A stretch of DNA of 64,000 nt from Candidatus Kaiserbacteria bacterium (GTDB taxonomy: Bacteria > Patescibacteriota > Minisyncoccia > Phycocordibacterales > UBA918): contig CP064968.1 of NCBI GenBank assembly GCA_016699245.1, positions 283,386-347,385 of the forward strand, in the 5' to 3' direction. A program made the translations under genes and the position numbers. Positions 51,554 through 60,882 of this stretch are shown here, in pieces; within the stretch, counting starts at the first letter, position 1, and every line of letters starts with the position of its first letter. Below the pieces are notes generated by a model. The model had not been told where the DNA came from and did not search any database. It worked only from the letters and a program-made list of their open reading frames with translations.

Positions 51554-52626
51554 GATTGTGTTTCTTCTTCGATTGTTTCTTCGTTCAGTAATCGTTGTTT
51601 ACGTCTCCAGAGTGCATAAAATACAAGCGCGGTTATAAGTATAATAGTCCCCGTTACGATTATAGTGGTAATGAGCATGTCACGAGACATACTACGAAGT
51701 GCAGTATCAGGAACCAGAGTTACAACACGAATGTTACCTGCCTTATCAATAGCTTTTACACGAATCGTGCTATTCAGGGTTTGATCCTTGAGTACATAGG
51801 GACTTTCAGTTTCAATCCACGGCGCGTCTGCACGTCCCCATCTGAATGCACTGAACTCTGCAAATGGTTCTTCCATTACTTCATAGTGATCAATACCAGA
51901 TTGTTTGTCGTTTGAATTAAAGACTATGAAGTATTCATTATTAAATGCAACATCGTCTTTGGTAAGAGTAATGGTAAAGTCTGAAGGAATTTCGTTGTCA
52001 CTGCGCACATCATCCTTCCACGTGTCTTGGATTTGGGTACCTGCGGTATCTGCTAGATTAATACGTGCTTCTTGGAGTTTGAGTGGTGCTGGAGTACCGC
52101 TCCCATCATGTAAGAGCACTTGTGAACTTTCATCGAGCCAAATACGAGGCGATTTATTATCGCTTCCGCTACCAATCGTGAAGCCTGGTGATTGAAAAAC
52201 GATTTCAAGTACCATATTGGTAAGACTTGGATCACCCGCGATACGTCCACAATAGCCACCAGGCAATCCTCCAGCAAAACGAATGGTGTGGTTTATCTCA
52301 TCAATTTTTGGAGATTCAACCCAGAGGTTCAAAATAGAATCACCGCGAGAAATATCGACAGCGTTGAGTGCTGCATCATAATGAATAGTAGCATCGACAG
52401 TATTAACACACTCTCCTTCATCAGTATCAAGGCGAAGTCCTACCGTGACACTATTTCCCCGAAAAATATCAGCGCTTCCAGGATCAAAGTACAATGTTGC
52501 AGCGTGCGCATGTGTGGCAATCACCCCAAAAAATAATACAGCAAAAAAAGCAATACGCACTCGTATATCCATCATATAACTAAAAGTATACCAAATCGTA
52601 ACCTTAAAAGGAGGGGGACTGTACAC
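51550..52626 (-). CDS. Cohesin-like domain surface protein with a C-terminal transmembrane anchor. Paralog of the gene at 49808..51553.
   Basis: ATLYFDPGSADIFRGNSVTVGLRLDTDEGECVNTVDATIHYDAALNAVDISRGDSILNLWVESP...RFAGGLPGGYCG. Transmembrane helix LITTIIVTGTIILITALVFYALW. 4-nt overlap with the downstream gene. Confidence 0.6.
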   Translation of the reverse strand: MYSPPPFKVTIWYTFSYMMDIRVRIAFFAVLFFGVIATHAHAATLYFDPGSADIFRGNSVTVGLRLDTDEGECVNTVDATIHYDAALNAVDISRGDSILNLWVESPKIDEINHTIRFAGGLPGGYCGRIAGDPSLTNMVLEIVFQSPGFTIGSGSDNKSPRIWLDESSQVLLHDGSGTPAPLKLQEARINLADTAGTQIQDTWKDDVRSDNEIPSDFTITLTKDDVAFNNEYFIVFNSNDKQSGIDHYEVMEEPFAEFSAFRWGRADAPWIETESPYVLKDQTLNSTIRVKAIDKAGNIRVVTLVPDTALRSMSRDMLITTIIVTGTIILITALVFYALWRRKQRLLNEETIEEETQS

Positions 52627-52685
52627 AGACCGAGAAGGCTTTCGTTATTCTTAACTTCAATATCAAAGACTCAGAAAATAAGTCT

Positions 52686-53024
52686 CTACAGAACCAACTC
52701 ACCTTCTTTTGGCTTAGTGGCATCCACATCAGTAGGGTGTAATTGACATTTTTGGAGACATTTATCTCTAAAGTAGATTGCTCCAATCCGTCTAATAGTC
52801 TCAATATTCATCCCTTGGGTGTAGGCAAAATCTTTAAATATTTTATCTGTTTCTTTATCAAATTCTATGTCATCAAACAGATCAAAGACTTTCTCTTGAA
52901 TTTCGTATGCTGAAATGTCGCAATTATAACCGCATTTTTGATGCAGTTCATTCTCATGGGAATCAATATAGGTTTTCATGCCACTATCTTTCAGAACACG
53001 TTCACCTTCTGTAAGTAAACGCAA
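52686..53024 (-). CDS. Hypothetical protein, 112 aa, with a TTG start. The frame is open a further 141 nt upstream without an ATG.
   Basis: ORF with Cys/His spacing HQKCGYNCD...CLQKCQLH. The alternative start is an internal ATG at 52979. Confidence 0.35.
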   Translation of the reverse strand: MRLLTEGERVLKDSGMKTYIDSHENELHQKCGYNCDISAYEIQEKVFDLFDDIEFDKETDKIFKDFAYTQGMNIETIRRIGAIYFRDKCLQKCQLHPTDVDATKPKEGELVL

Positions 53025-53261
53025 CGGGGAGGCATTACCAATCAGTGTTAATCTCTTATTATCTTTGGCAATACTCTGATTGTTAGCAATATCTTTAATA
53101 CCATCTTTTATTTCACCAATACTTTTTGTTAGCCAATCAACATTTGTTTTCCTTAAACTCGCTTACCGCTACAATTCTTTCCAAACCCCCCACCCAACCT
53201 GTGGTAATTATACTTTATTTTATAAATTATTTCTTTGAACTTGTATATAACTAAAATATTT

Positions 53262-53660
53262 GGAGACAGAATCCGAAATTATTGTCGCTTCGCTCTGTAA
53301 TTTCGGGTCACGGCCTCAGAAAATATAGGGGCTTGGGAAATTGATTCCGTCTTCGCGCAAAAATTTTTAGGAAAATGCGCGGCCTCAGAAAATATTGGGG
53401 CTTGGTATATAGATTCGCTACGGGGTCTTACGACGTCACTTTTTCTTCCGGGGGGAAGAAAAGGTCTCCTTTTTCATTATGAGAGAAAAAGGAGACAGGC
53501 TCCAAAATTATTGTCCTTACAGGACCTGTCCACTCATTGGGTCTTTTGTTTCACTTCATTCACAAAAGCCCTCAATGAGTCTTGCAAAGTGACATTTAGT
53601 CCTGTCACGCGGCGTGGGCCGGCCTCCAGAAAATATAGGGGCTTGGATATAGGATTTTCC
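53262..53660. repeat. Composite dispersed repeats in a 700-bp intergenic region. Two S-units are 5' ggagacagNNtccRaaattattgtc, and three R-units are ggcctc(c)agaaaatatWggggcttgg.
   Basis: S1 is at 53262-53292 and S2 at 53491-53520. R1 is at 53312-53336, R2 at 53381-53405 and R3 at 53621-53646. A 12-bp perfect hairpin GTCTCCTTTTTC/GAAAAAGGAGAC lies at 53464-53496, and the palindrome CTGTGACgaaGTCACAG at 53679-53695. Confidence 0.7.
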
Positions 53661-53743
53661 TTTTTCTGTGACGAAGTCACAGAAAAAAGGAAAAACCCTT
53701 CTCGTGGTGGGAGATAGGGTTTTCCTTATTCTTGTACTGTTGC

Positions 53744-54880
53744 TTAGAACGTCGGAGTTGCTACATAGCGCAGTGTCGTAGTGTAGTCGTCACCTGCTTC
53801 TTGCAAAGCCGAAATTTGAATCTGATAGCCGACACGTGCAGCACCGGAGTTTATTGTTGTTCCATCAGAGGGACCATTATGGCCCATGATAGCAATCGGT
53901 GTTGTACTTCCAGAAACCCACTCATTCGAGCCGAACTGTACAGATCGGGCAAGAATTGCTGTGTCATTTGAGGTTAATCCCCAATGACCATAGGAATTTG
54001 GATTTGCAATCAGACCTCCTGGACCCTGCCATGCCGAAGGCGTAACAGTGTTTGTCCCATCGATGAAGCCATCGATAGTCGCACCAGTTGTAGATTGCAA
54101 GCTGCCTGCTTGTTGAACTGTTACGGTGTAGCCTACTGAGGCGTTCGTCGAAACAGAGAGATCATGCGCAAGTGTACGTGATACTCCGATTGGCAAATTG
54201 CCAAAAGGAAGTGTTGTTGGGGTTGAGGTTGCAATAGTGGTCGTGGGACTACCGTTTACTGTTGAACTGGAATTTACTCCAGTGACCGTAAAGGTGAGTG
54301 ACGTATCCACATTTGCCGAAACCGTAACCTGGTCAACAATTGCAACACGCATCTCTCCTGAATCTTGCATCGTACCCGCAATTGTAATTGGGTATGATGT
54401 CGTAGCAGATGGATTTACAATTTTTATAGCACCGCCAGTAGCATTTGAACCAATCTTAATTATCATATCTGATGATGAAGCGGTTCCGCCGTCTGTTGGT
54501 GTCTCGAATGTAATCGCATCTGTACCAATACCAGTCACTCCCCATGTACCTGCCCCACTCGCACCCGCAAGCGTTTGATCAACCGTATTAACACTGAGGT
54601 CAATATCGCCGATTAAAACTCCTGAAGTGTCGAATTGTGAAGCAAAAGTAACAGTAAAGTTTGAGCTTGTTGCCATACCATTTGGTAGTTCAAAAGCTAT
54701 TGTGTGGTTTGATGTTACAGAAGGTGCTGAGTTGCTCAGCGTATCACTTGCGTTGGTGATTGATGCCGCCTCCGCAAAGCGGAAGAATGTTGGAAGACCA
54801 GTACTCCAAAGGAATAAGGCAAGTCCAACCGTCATCGCAACAGCCTGAAGAGTTCGCACGGTTCTTGCCGTGTGAGTCAT
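53744..54880 (-). CDS. Secreted protein, 378 aa. Its N-terminal leader and C-terminal domain of about 150 aa are homologous to the termini of the 2465-aa giant protein.
   Basis: N-terminus ...FFRFAEAAS (giant: HIAEAAEA). C-terminus SLTFTVTGVNSSSTVNG..TTLPFGNL...VGYTV...HWGL...TLRYVATPTF, against the giant's SLDFTMEGIASSTVVEG..TTLPFGKL...EGYQI...AAWTT...RIRYVSVPIF. Confidence 0.6.
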   Translation of the reverse strand: MTHTARTVRTLQAVAMTVGLALFLWSTGLPTFFRFAEAASITNASDTLSNSAPSVTSNHTIAFELPNGMATSSNFTVTFASQFDTSGVLIGDIDLSVNTVDQTLAGASGAGTWGVTGIGTDAITFETPTDGGTASSSDMIIKIGSNATGGAIKIVNPSATTSYPITIAGTMQDSGEMRVAIVDQVTVSANVDTSLTFTVTGVNSSSTVNGSPTTTIATSTPTTLPFGNLPIGVSRTLAHDLSVSTNASVGYTVTVQQAGSLQSTTGATIDGFIDGTNTVTPSAWQGPGGLIANPNSYGHWGLTSNDTAILARSVQFGSNEWVSGSTTPIAIMGHNGPSDGTTINSGAARVGYQIQISALQEAGDDYTTTLRYVATPTF

Positions 54881-55175
54881 AGGCTTTTCGTTGTATTAAT
54901 CAATACATTGACTCTAATAATGAGTAGTGCGTAGTTGGTGCTCTTTCCAACATAAAATTGCACTCCGCAAACACGAAAGTCTCCACCTCTCTAATGTTCA
55001 CTTTCAATGTATTACGCCTACCCAACAATGCCCGGCTGTGAGCATTTGCAGTAGAGACGTATTACTACCTCCTACAAGCGATATACACTCCTCACATGTG
55101 TGGACTGCATACCTCAAGTAGGCGTAACTTCATTGTAGCGTATGAGAAAATAATTTGCGTGAGTTATACACAAGA

Positions 55176-55350
55176 TTGAAATAGAGAATAGAAAATATGG
55201 AATATGGAATAGGACAACACTTCGTGTTGATTTTATATTCCATATTTTCTATCTTCTATTCTCTATTTTCTATTCCCTATCTTCTATCTTCTATTCCCTA
55301 TTTTCTATTTTCTATTCTCTATCTTCTATCTTCTATTCTCTATTCACTAT
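55176..55350. repeat. Palindromic microsatellite element E1. Arrays of the 8-mer AGAA(A/T)ATA / TTCTAT(C/T)T in inverted orientation around a GC core caacacttcgtgttg.
   Basis: Lies directly downstream of the stop of gene 55352..56479. The two arms are (agaataga/aatatgga)n and (ttctatct/ttctattc)n. Confidence 0.8.
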
Positions 55351-55351
55351 T

Positions 55352-56479
55352 CTACCCCGTCCAGTTGAACAAAAGGATTGAAAAGTCCTCGAGGCCTACT
55401 TTGCCGTTTTGATTGATGTCAGCGGGTGGGTTTGAATTGCCACCGGGGGTTCCCCACCAGAAAACAAGGATAGAGAAGTCTATAAGATTTACTTTTCCAT
55501 CACGATTGAGGTCGGCGTTACTTGTTGCTTTCCCTTCTACACCCACAAAAAGTGAAAGTACAGTGCCGTAGGGGCTTTCTATTTTTAAGGCTCCCGTACC
55601 AGAGACAAATCGCGCTTTGAGCGTATGTGTATCTACTGATACAGTACCCGTATTAAACGGTATAGACCATGCACCAAGTGCGTCTGAAGTAGTAGTGAGC
55701 ATCTTCTTTCCATTATCAATGGAAACTTCTACGGTGACACTGGGCATAGTTTGCCCACTGAGCGTAATGGTATCACCCGGATTTACATTCACCGTAGATG
55801 CACGGAGTGTTGGTGGCACCATGATGCCATTAAGACTTGTTACAGCCCCCTGCGTTACATCAAACGTCGTGTTCACCGTGAGTGAGCGGGTTCCCGATGA
55901 GTCTGTCGCCCAGAAACTAAATGATGCAGTACCGGGATCAGTCGTCACATTAAACTGAAACTCACCCCTGCTGTTGGTACGCACAGTTCCTACCGTGTCA
56001 CCGTCAATCAAAATATTTACTGTAGCGTTCGGAAATGCTTTTCCAGTGATGGTTACTTGTGTTTCACCCAATGGCTCATCGCGACCACCGCTCCCTGAAC
56101 TACCGCCTCCTCCCGTAGACCCTCCTCCACTATCAGCTGTTTGGCGACTACAGTCACCAGCACAAAAGTCTCCATCATCATTATTTCCATCGTCACATAC
56201 TTCTCCTTCAAGTGTCTGTAAAATGGCGTCACCGCAGTAATTACCATAAAGACAATCTGTGCCACACTGCCTACCTGCAATAGTCGTACTATATGTCCCA
56301 ATCTCTCCCGGAACATCACATTCCTCACCTTCATTAACAAGAGTGTCTCCACAAATGCTAATACGAACTGTCGTTGTGGAAACACTAATATTTGCAAATA
56401 CATCTGATGCACAACTAAAGATAATTATTGCATAAAACACTGGTACAAATAGCCGCATTGAGACGCATAGCATATGCAT
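55352..56479 (-). CDS. Secreted protein with Cys-rich CxxC/ECD repeats, a Gly-rich linker, Ig-like domains and C-terminal dockerin repeats.
   Basis: Signal peptide. The Cys-rich region is CGDTLVNEGEECDVPGE...CGTDC...YCGDAILQTLEGEVCDDGNNDDGDFCAGDCS, followed by GGGSTGGGGSSGSGG. The dockerin is DLNRDGKVNLIDFSILVFWW...DINQNGKVGLEDFSILLFNW. Confidence 0.6.
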   Translation of the reverse strand: MHMLCVSMRLFVPVFYAIIIFSCASDVFANISVSTTTVRISICGDTLVNEGEECDVPGEIGTYSTTIAGRQCGTDCLYGNYCGDAILQTLEGEVCDDGNNDDGDFCAGDCSRQTADSGGGSTGGGGSSGSGGRDEPLGETQVTITGKAFPNATVNILIDGDTVGTVRTNSRGEFQFNVTTDPGTASFSFWATDSSGTRSLTVNTTFDVTQGAVTSLNGIMVPPTLRASTVNVNPGDTITLSGQTMPSVTVEVSIDNGKKMLTTTSDALGAWSIPFNTGTVSVDTHTLKARFVSGTGALKIESPYGTVLSLFVGVEGKATSNADLNRDGKVNLIDFSILVFWWGTPGGNSNPPADINQNGKVGLEDFSILLFNWTG

Positions 56480-56485
56480 AGCGAA

Positions 56486-57409
56486 TTACTTTCTTCTTCG
56501 TGTCCGAATGAATATAAGGAATGGTACGAAGAGTATAAAGAGCACTGGGATGATTACTGAAAGTTGATGGGGGAGTGAAAGACCAAGGAATCCGAATCCC
56601 GCAGTTTGTAAAGTACCATATGGCAATACACTAAGATTGACCTCACCACTGAGCTTTACATCTTCTTCATTCAAAATTTCAAAACGAGCGAGGTAACTCC
56701 CTGCTGGAAGTTTCGTGGGGATTTCAGCAAAAATAGATTCAGTTGCAAATGGATCTACAGTATCAATACTTCCCTTTTTATGAGCTTCTTCAAGAAGCAC
56801 ATTACCTGTCTTATCGTAAATTCTAAACACAACATCAGACGGTGCAATCTCTACGTTACCTATGTTCTCAATAAGCATTTCGAATCGAATTTTTCCCGGG
56901 AAATATAGCCAGCCAACTTTGTGTCCTTCGTTTAAGTCAGATACACCAATTTTACGAACTTTGAAGTCCTTAATTTTTTTATCAATAACAGTGAGGTCGA
57001 CATCGAGTTGAGCACCAAGAGAAATACTCACCGCACCTCCAGCAACCTGATCATCAGGGGCACCAGTTTTGATGCGAATATTCCCTTTATATTGTTTAAA
57101 ATCAGCATCCTTTGGAACAGTCACTTTAACGGTCATTGGAACTTTTTGAACACCTTGTGGCAAGAGAAATTCGTTACCTTCATTGATAACTATCCATCCA
57201 TTTATTTCAGGAACATCAACATTCACTGTTGCTTTGAGGGCGGTGGTAGGATCACTACGGACAAGATAAATAGTCTGTTCGTATACAGAATTACGGGTGA
57301 GACTTACGTTCGTTACATATGGTGGCGTTACACCAAAACCTGCATACGTAGTATGCACAAAAACAAAAAGTACCGCTACTGAAAAAATGATTGAGCGAAA
57401 CAGTGCCAT
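56486..57409 (-). CDS. Signal peptide, beta-rich domain and C-terminal transmembrane anchor surface protein. Paralog family A, third member.
   Basis: Signal peptide ending TTYAG, a GVTPPYV motif, and a C-terminal transmembrane helix IIPVLFILFVPFLIFI followed by RTRRRK. Confidence 0.5.
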   Translation of the reverse strand: MALFRSIIFSVAVLFVFVHTTYAGFGVTPPYVTNVSLTRNSVYEQTIYLVRSDPTTALKATVNVDVPEINGWIVINEGNEFLLPQGVQKVPMTVKVTVPKDADFKQYKGNIRIKTGAPDDQVAGGAVSISLGAQLDVDLTVIDKKIKDFKVRKIGVSDLNEGHKVGWLYFPGKIRFEMLIENIGNVEIAPSDVVFRIYDKTGNVLLEEAHKKGSIDTVDPFATESIFAEIPTKLPAGSYLARFEILNEEDVKLSGEVNLSVLPYGTLQTAGFGFLGLSLPHQLSVIIPVLFILFVPFLIFIRTRRRK

Positions 57410-57520
57410 TATATATATGCAGGCGCTAATGCACCATAACTATAATTATCGTGTACTTACTCTATAAACGCAAGAACCCGCGCTGTATAACGCGGGTTCA
57501 ATGAATCTATGTTTAGAGGA

Positions 57521-59389
57521 CTACCACTGTAATGGTTCACCGACGAGTGCTGTAAATGTGTTCTGACCGGTATATGCCCCTGCAAAAGTAATAGTTCCTG
57601 GAACGCGTATACCCCAATATGCATCACGTTGCGCTGGAGTTGAAGTTGATGTCGACTTAGGTATGTTAATTTCAATCTCCTTTGGAGTCGTTGAGGAAAG
57701 TGTATTTCCAAGGCCTTCAGCGGTAGTATACGCTACACTCGAAGTAGCAAACACTTGCTCGTACTCTGGAATAGTTGCGGTGAGTGATGGAATACAAGGT
57801 GACGCATTTGTGTAGGTACTACACATCGACGATCCTGTAACATCCTTGTCGAGACCAACATTACCTGTTGCTACCATAGTTGTCGTTGCTGTAAGGACTT
57901 CATTTTTCTGTCCCGGTTCGAGTGCTCCGTATGGAATTTGAATTGTAGTGAGATTAAAGGCGAGAAGAGGTAATACATCAACTCCTACAGTACTTTCAGC
58001 ATATGCTCCTACAGCAGTATCATCATCTATACCTTGCACTTGAGCACGCCAGTCGTCTGTGGTGTAGAAGGACGCCGTTGTACTTCCTGTTGGGTCAGCT
58101 ATGTACCACATCGGGAATGTACATTCATAAAGAATATCTGAGTCAGATGAACCGGAACAGGTTGTTGATGAGGCGGTACACACAAGATTCCATGAAGTCG
58201 GTGCAATGTCACTTGGATAACAGTCATTGGGATCGAAGATTGAAGATGATGTACACGTTGTAGAACTATTTCCTGTAGGTGTTCGGTAAATTGATAGGTT
58301 GTAATCAGTAATTTCATCGTCATCTAGACCACCAAATGCATCACAACTATTATTATCTGAGGCTACAAATGATAGAGTAAATCCAGTTGTCTCACTTGAT
58401 TCATTAATCAAAACAATGTCATTTGTGATTGGTTGGGTGAGAGAAATACTAGTTCCACTCACTGTTGGAGCAACGTTGTTTACCGTAAGCGTATTCACTT
58501 GACCTTGTTCACCTCCCGATGCTTCAAATCCATGATTGTCAATGATGTACGGGTATACTCCAAAGTCAGTGTCCTGGGTTGGAATAATTATGGTATACGA
58601 TGCTGAAGCATCATCATCTACATATATGGTTGACGTTGCAAGTGTTACAGCAAGTGGACCATTACATGAGTTTGTTGTTGTTGAAAAGCCAGCCACAGAA
58701 CAAACGGTGAGAAATACTTGGTCGAATTGAGCACCACCAGAACTGTCGTTATCTGTTGAGGTACTATAGAAAGTTACCGCTTGACCAGGGATGCCAGTTA
58801 CAGGATCAGAGAATGCGGTGAAAGTTGGACGATGATTGACTTCAAATGGCGATGAGTTCGTAGCGTTTACACCTTGAGAATATGAGACGCTACATCGTGG
58901 GTTACCAGCGTTTCCGTCACAAATCCAGGAATACCATGCATTTGATTCAGCCCAGCCATCAAGAGTCGTTGTTGCTGCTACTGCTAGTGAACCACTCGTT
59001 GTGGTGCCTGACACTGCCCATTGGACACCAGAGGTACATCGCGGTGCACCGCCTGACGTAGATGTTGGCATAGCGCTGGTATCACAGATGAGAAGCCAGT
59101 AGTCTTCAGAGTTTGAGTCGGTGCCGATTGCTTTCCAAGAAATTACGTCGCCAGCGTTAGTTGGGTTTGTAATGGAGGATTCTATTATTTCAGTAGTTGA
59201 TGCCGTCCATGCAGGAGGGGTATTTACAACAATAACCGTCGTGCTCGCAGTACTTTGCGCATCTGCTTGCTTTATCTGGCTTTCACCAAGATTAAAAATG
59301 AATACTATTGCAAAAACTACTACACCAATGAATGTGGTATACACAGTAATTTTACCTGCCGTACGTAAATGATCTGTGTTATATGACAT
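57521..59389 (-). CDS. Large secreted Thr/Ser-rich beta-domain protein, 622 aa, N-terminally anchored.
   Basis: N-terminal transmembrane helix ITVYTTFIGVVVFAIVFIF followed by repetitive T/S-rich Ig-like regions. No catalytic motif. Confidence 0.45.
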   Translation of the reverse strand: MSYNTDHLRTAGKITVYTTFIGVVVFAIVFIFNLGESQIKQADAQSTASTTVIVVNTPPAWTASTTEIIESSITNPTNAGDVISWKAIGTDSNSEDYWLLICDTSAMPTSTSGGAPRCTSGVQWAVSGTTTSGSLAVAATTTLDGWAESNAWYSWICDGNAGNPRCSVSYSQGVNATNSSPFEVNHRPTFTAFSDPVTGIPGQAVTFYSTSTDNDSSGGAQFDQVFLTVCSVAGFSTTTNSCNGPLAVTLATSTIYVDDDASASYTIIIPTQDTDFGVYPYIIDNHGFEASGGEQGQVNTLTVNNVAPTVSGTSISLTQPITNDIVLINESSETTGFTLSFVASDNNSCDAFGGLDDDEITDYNLSIYRTPTGNSSTTCTSSSIFDPNDCYPSDIAPTSWNLVCTASSTTCSGSSDSDILYECTFPMWYIADPTGSTTASFYTTDDWRAQVQGIDDDTAVGAYAESTVGVDVLPLLAFNLTTIQIPYGALEPGQKNEVLTATTTMVATGNVGLDKDVTGSSMCSTYTNASPCIPSLTATIPEYEQVFATSSVAYTTAEGLGNTLSSTTPKEIEINIPKSTSTSTPAQRDAYWGIRVPGTITFAGAYTGQNTFTALVGEPLQW

Positions 59390-59461
59390 ATACTAATATG
59401 AACTGATTACCATAATTCTACTTTATTCAAGCTCAACAAAACCTTAGTTATACACAGTTTG

Positions 59462-60670
59462 TTATTCATAACGAATAGCATCGAGTGGATTAAGTAAGGA
59501 CGCACGACGTGCGGGAAAAATTCCTGTTAAATACCCCACTGAACCCGAGAATAAAGCAATGAATACAAGGAATCCTATAGGAAACTGGAAGAGATCAACA
59601 CTCTTCCCTCCGAACTGACTCGCTGCAACATTCAACATGATATTCACAACAAATCCCAAGGTTACCCCCATGAGTATCCCACTTACTCCACCAAGAAAAC
59701 CCACAATGATTGACTCGGACACAAACAAAAACTTAATATCGCGTGGTGAAGCGCCTATAGTACGCATGATACCAATCTCTTTGGTTCGCTCCAAAAGAGT
59801 CACTGTCATGGTATTAAACATACCAATAGCAGATACAAGAAGTGCAATACCACCAAACGTCGCCAAAACAACTTGAATTCCTTGGAAAATCTTGGATGCT
59901 TGCTCTACTGTCTTTGAAAGCGCAGTCACGCGATATCCTTCTTCAATAAGTGATTTTTCAACGTCTGCCAAAAATTCGTTCGATACAACCTTCACTTGTG
60001 CTCTGTCGTACTCCTCTATTCCTACATAGTTACGGAGTTCAGGAAGCATCATGAGTACATTAAGCACACCTTCTTCTTTGGTAATTCCTTTTACACGGTA
60101 TTTTTTCTCAATATTGATTTCCGTAACTAGGTCTGTGCCATCATCTGTAGGAACAAGGAGTCTAAAGGACACCTCCTGTCCAATAAAAGATTCAGCATCT
60201 TCAACACCGAAGAGTTTAAGAACGGCTGGTGAGAGCATGACTTCGCCCGTATTAGCAATATCTTCCTCAACAAAGGTGTCTCCGAAGGATGCAGTAATAC
60301 CAGCATATCGTAGATATGCTGGTTCAGCGCCCTGGATAAAGATATTTCCCGTAAGACCCTTGTAGGTAATCAGAGCGGGAAAACGGGCTAACGGCGCTGC
60401 ATCTTCAATATTTACATTTTTTTCAAAGCCTTGAATCACTTCGTCTGTAATTGAAAGGTTACGTGCACCAGTAGCAGACACACCAAGTGAAAGAAGGCTG
60501 TCTCCAAAGACGATTTGTTCAAGAATGATTTGCTGAAGTCCAAAACCAAGACCCACCAAAATCACCACAGCACCTGTACCAACACCCATACCAAGGATAG
60601 TCAGCCAGGTACGCATCGGATTCGTTTTAAACATGCGCGTTGAAAGACGCGCGAGATCCGCTACTTGCAT
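59462..60670 (-). CDS. ABC transporter permease, FtsX-like (MacB/LolCE family).
   Basis: 402 aa. N-terminal transmembrane helix, a large extracytoplasmic domain and three C-terminal transmembrane helices (TVTLLERTKEIGIMRTIGAS...). Confidence 0.8.
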   Translation of the reverse strand: MQVADLARLSTRMFKTNPMRTWLTILGMGVGTGAVVILVGLGFGLQQIILEQIVFGDSLLSLGVSATGARNLSITDEVIQGFEKNVNIEDAAPLARFPALITYKGLTGNIFIQGAEPAYLRYAGITASFGDTFVEEDIANTGEVMLSPAVLKLFGVEDAESFIGQEVSFRLLVPTDDGTDLVTEINIEKKYRVKGITKEEGVLNVLMMLPELRNYVGIEEYDRAQVKVVSNEFLADVEKSLIEEGYRVTALSKTVEQASKIFQGIQVVLATFGGIALLVSAIGMFNTMTVTLLERTKEIGIMRTIGASPRDIKFLFVSESIIVGFLGGVSGILMGVTLGFVVNIMLNVAASQFGGKSVDLFQFPIGFLVFIALFSGSVGYLTGIFPARRASLLNPLDAIRYE

Positions 60671-60683
60671 ATACTACATATAG

Positions 60684-60880
60684 TAATAGAAAATTGAGAA
60701 TATGGAATAGAGAATATAGGATAGAAAATAGAAGATAGAAAATAATAGGAAATAGAGAAGATATAGATAAATATTCAACCATCTCTATCCTCTATCCTCT
60801 ATCTTCTATCTTCTATTATCTATTATCTATTTTCTATTTTCTATCTTCTATCTTCTATTCTCTATCTTCTATCTTCTATA
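60684..60880. repeat. Palindromic microsatellite element E2. Same 8-mer inverted arrays. The core is atattcaacc, not a GC palindrome.
   Basis: Fills the entire gap between the ABC ATPase stop (60883) and the permease start (60670). Confidence 0.8.
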
Positions 60881-60882
60881 TA

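Noticed and set aside
53262-53660. Possible CRISPR array, given three copies of a 25-nt repeat.
   Set aside because: There are only three copies, the spacing is irregular (69 and 240 nt), the repeat is not palindromic in the usual way, there are no cas genes, and the copies are embedded in larger composite repeats.
55197-55412. 71-aa ORF 'MEYGIGQHFVLILYSIFSIFYSLFSIPYLLSSIPYF...', plus 62292..62507 (+) and 61938..62309 (-).
   Set aside because: They are translations of the (TTCTATCT)n microsatellite arms. The periodic S-I-F-Y composition is an artefact of the 8-mer repeat.
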